Source of the DNA: Mayamaea pseudoterrestris
Taxonomy: Eukaryota
Direction: 5' to 3'
Assembly (NCBI GenBank): GCA_027923505.1
Contig: BROI01000017.1
Location: 620,001 to 684,000, forward strand
Length of the DNA: 64,000 nt
Made by a program: the position numbers and the translations under genes. Shown one piece after another: positions 63,601 through 64,000 of the stretch (position 1 is its first letter; the number at the start of each line of letters is the position of its first letter). The notes under the pieces were generated by a model, which did no database searches, was not told the DNA's origin, and was given only the letters and a program-made list of their open reading frames with translations.

Positions 63601-63856
63601 TGGTCGGAAGGTTGTCGTGGAGCTTCCTCGAATCTGTGAGTGGTATTTTGCTGATTTTGGTCAATCGGATGACGAATTGTTGGGGCTGCTGGAGTCCTAC
63701 TTGAGTGATGACTGCCGAGAAGCCTTGAGGAAGTGTCGCCTGTCAGAAACTGGATCGTACGATATGAATCTGATATCCATTCGCTACCAGAGCTACAATT
63801 ATGAATGCCGACCGCTCCAGCTATATGAAGCTTCGTCGCTTTTAAAGCAAACATAG
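60693..63856 (+). CDS. Multidomain protein DUF1769 + PH-like + DUF547 (~1031 aa), intron 61923-61990
   Basis: FETDLFKG...FAHKRRR...VQGTFKK (DUF1769-like) and AFFLNLYH...FSLAELEHCILR...FRINFALNCGSLSNP (DUF547-like). A phase-0 GT..AG intron joins the two ORFs. Confidence 0.75.
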
Positions 63857-64000
63857 AACTACGCGAAAGTTCTTGTAGGTGCAGGTATATGTACTGTAAA
63901 GGTAGCTTTGCAAAGTGCGCGCGCAGCGAAGGACTCATTTGTCATCACATCGGTTTTGCTCACCTAGTCGTCGCCGCTGCCACAGAAATCGCAAGCAGTC

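Overview
Gene-dense eukaryotic nuclear DNA, most likely from a diatom (short GT-AG introns, compact divergent gene pairs, a plastid/lumen-targeted gene, diatom-type Ty1/copia elements). Left arm (1-19.4 kb): REV3 (Pol zeta, truncated by the window edge), TCD/ThiF, a calmodulin-like gene, phosphoglucomutase, canonical calmodulin whose start codon appears split by an intron, DPY-30, and a spliced HMG-CoA synthase fused to a complete ketosynthase domain. Centre (19.6-48.4 kb): a 29-kb gene-free island made of a ~12.5-kb array of a 180/181-bp satellite (~69 copies, ~55% GC, CpG-poor, with hairpin and G-quadruplex motifs) flanked by three truncated or nested Copia elements that each carry a chromodomain-like module. 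This is a centromere/heterochromatin-like layout. Right arm (48.6-64 kb): S49 peptidase, metallophosphoesterase, a DGAT2 with two in-frame stops, guanylate kinase, an apparent motor-less kinesin-13 derivative, a UBA-PUB-UBX protein, DCC1 and a DUF1769-PH-DUF547 protein. All calls come from reading motifs by eye. Parts of the repeat island look like unpolished long-read sequence, so indels there may be artefacts.
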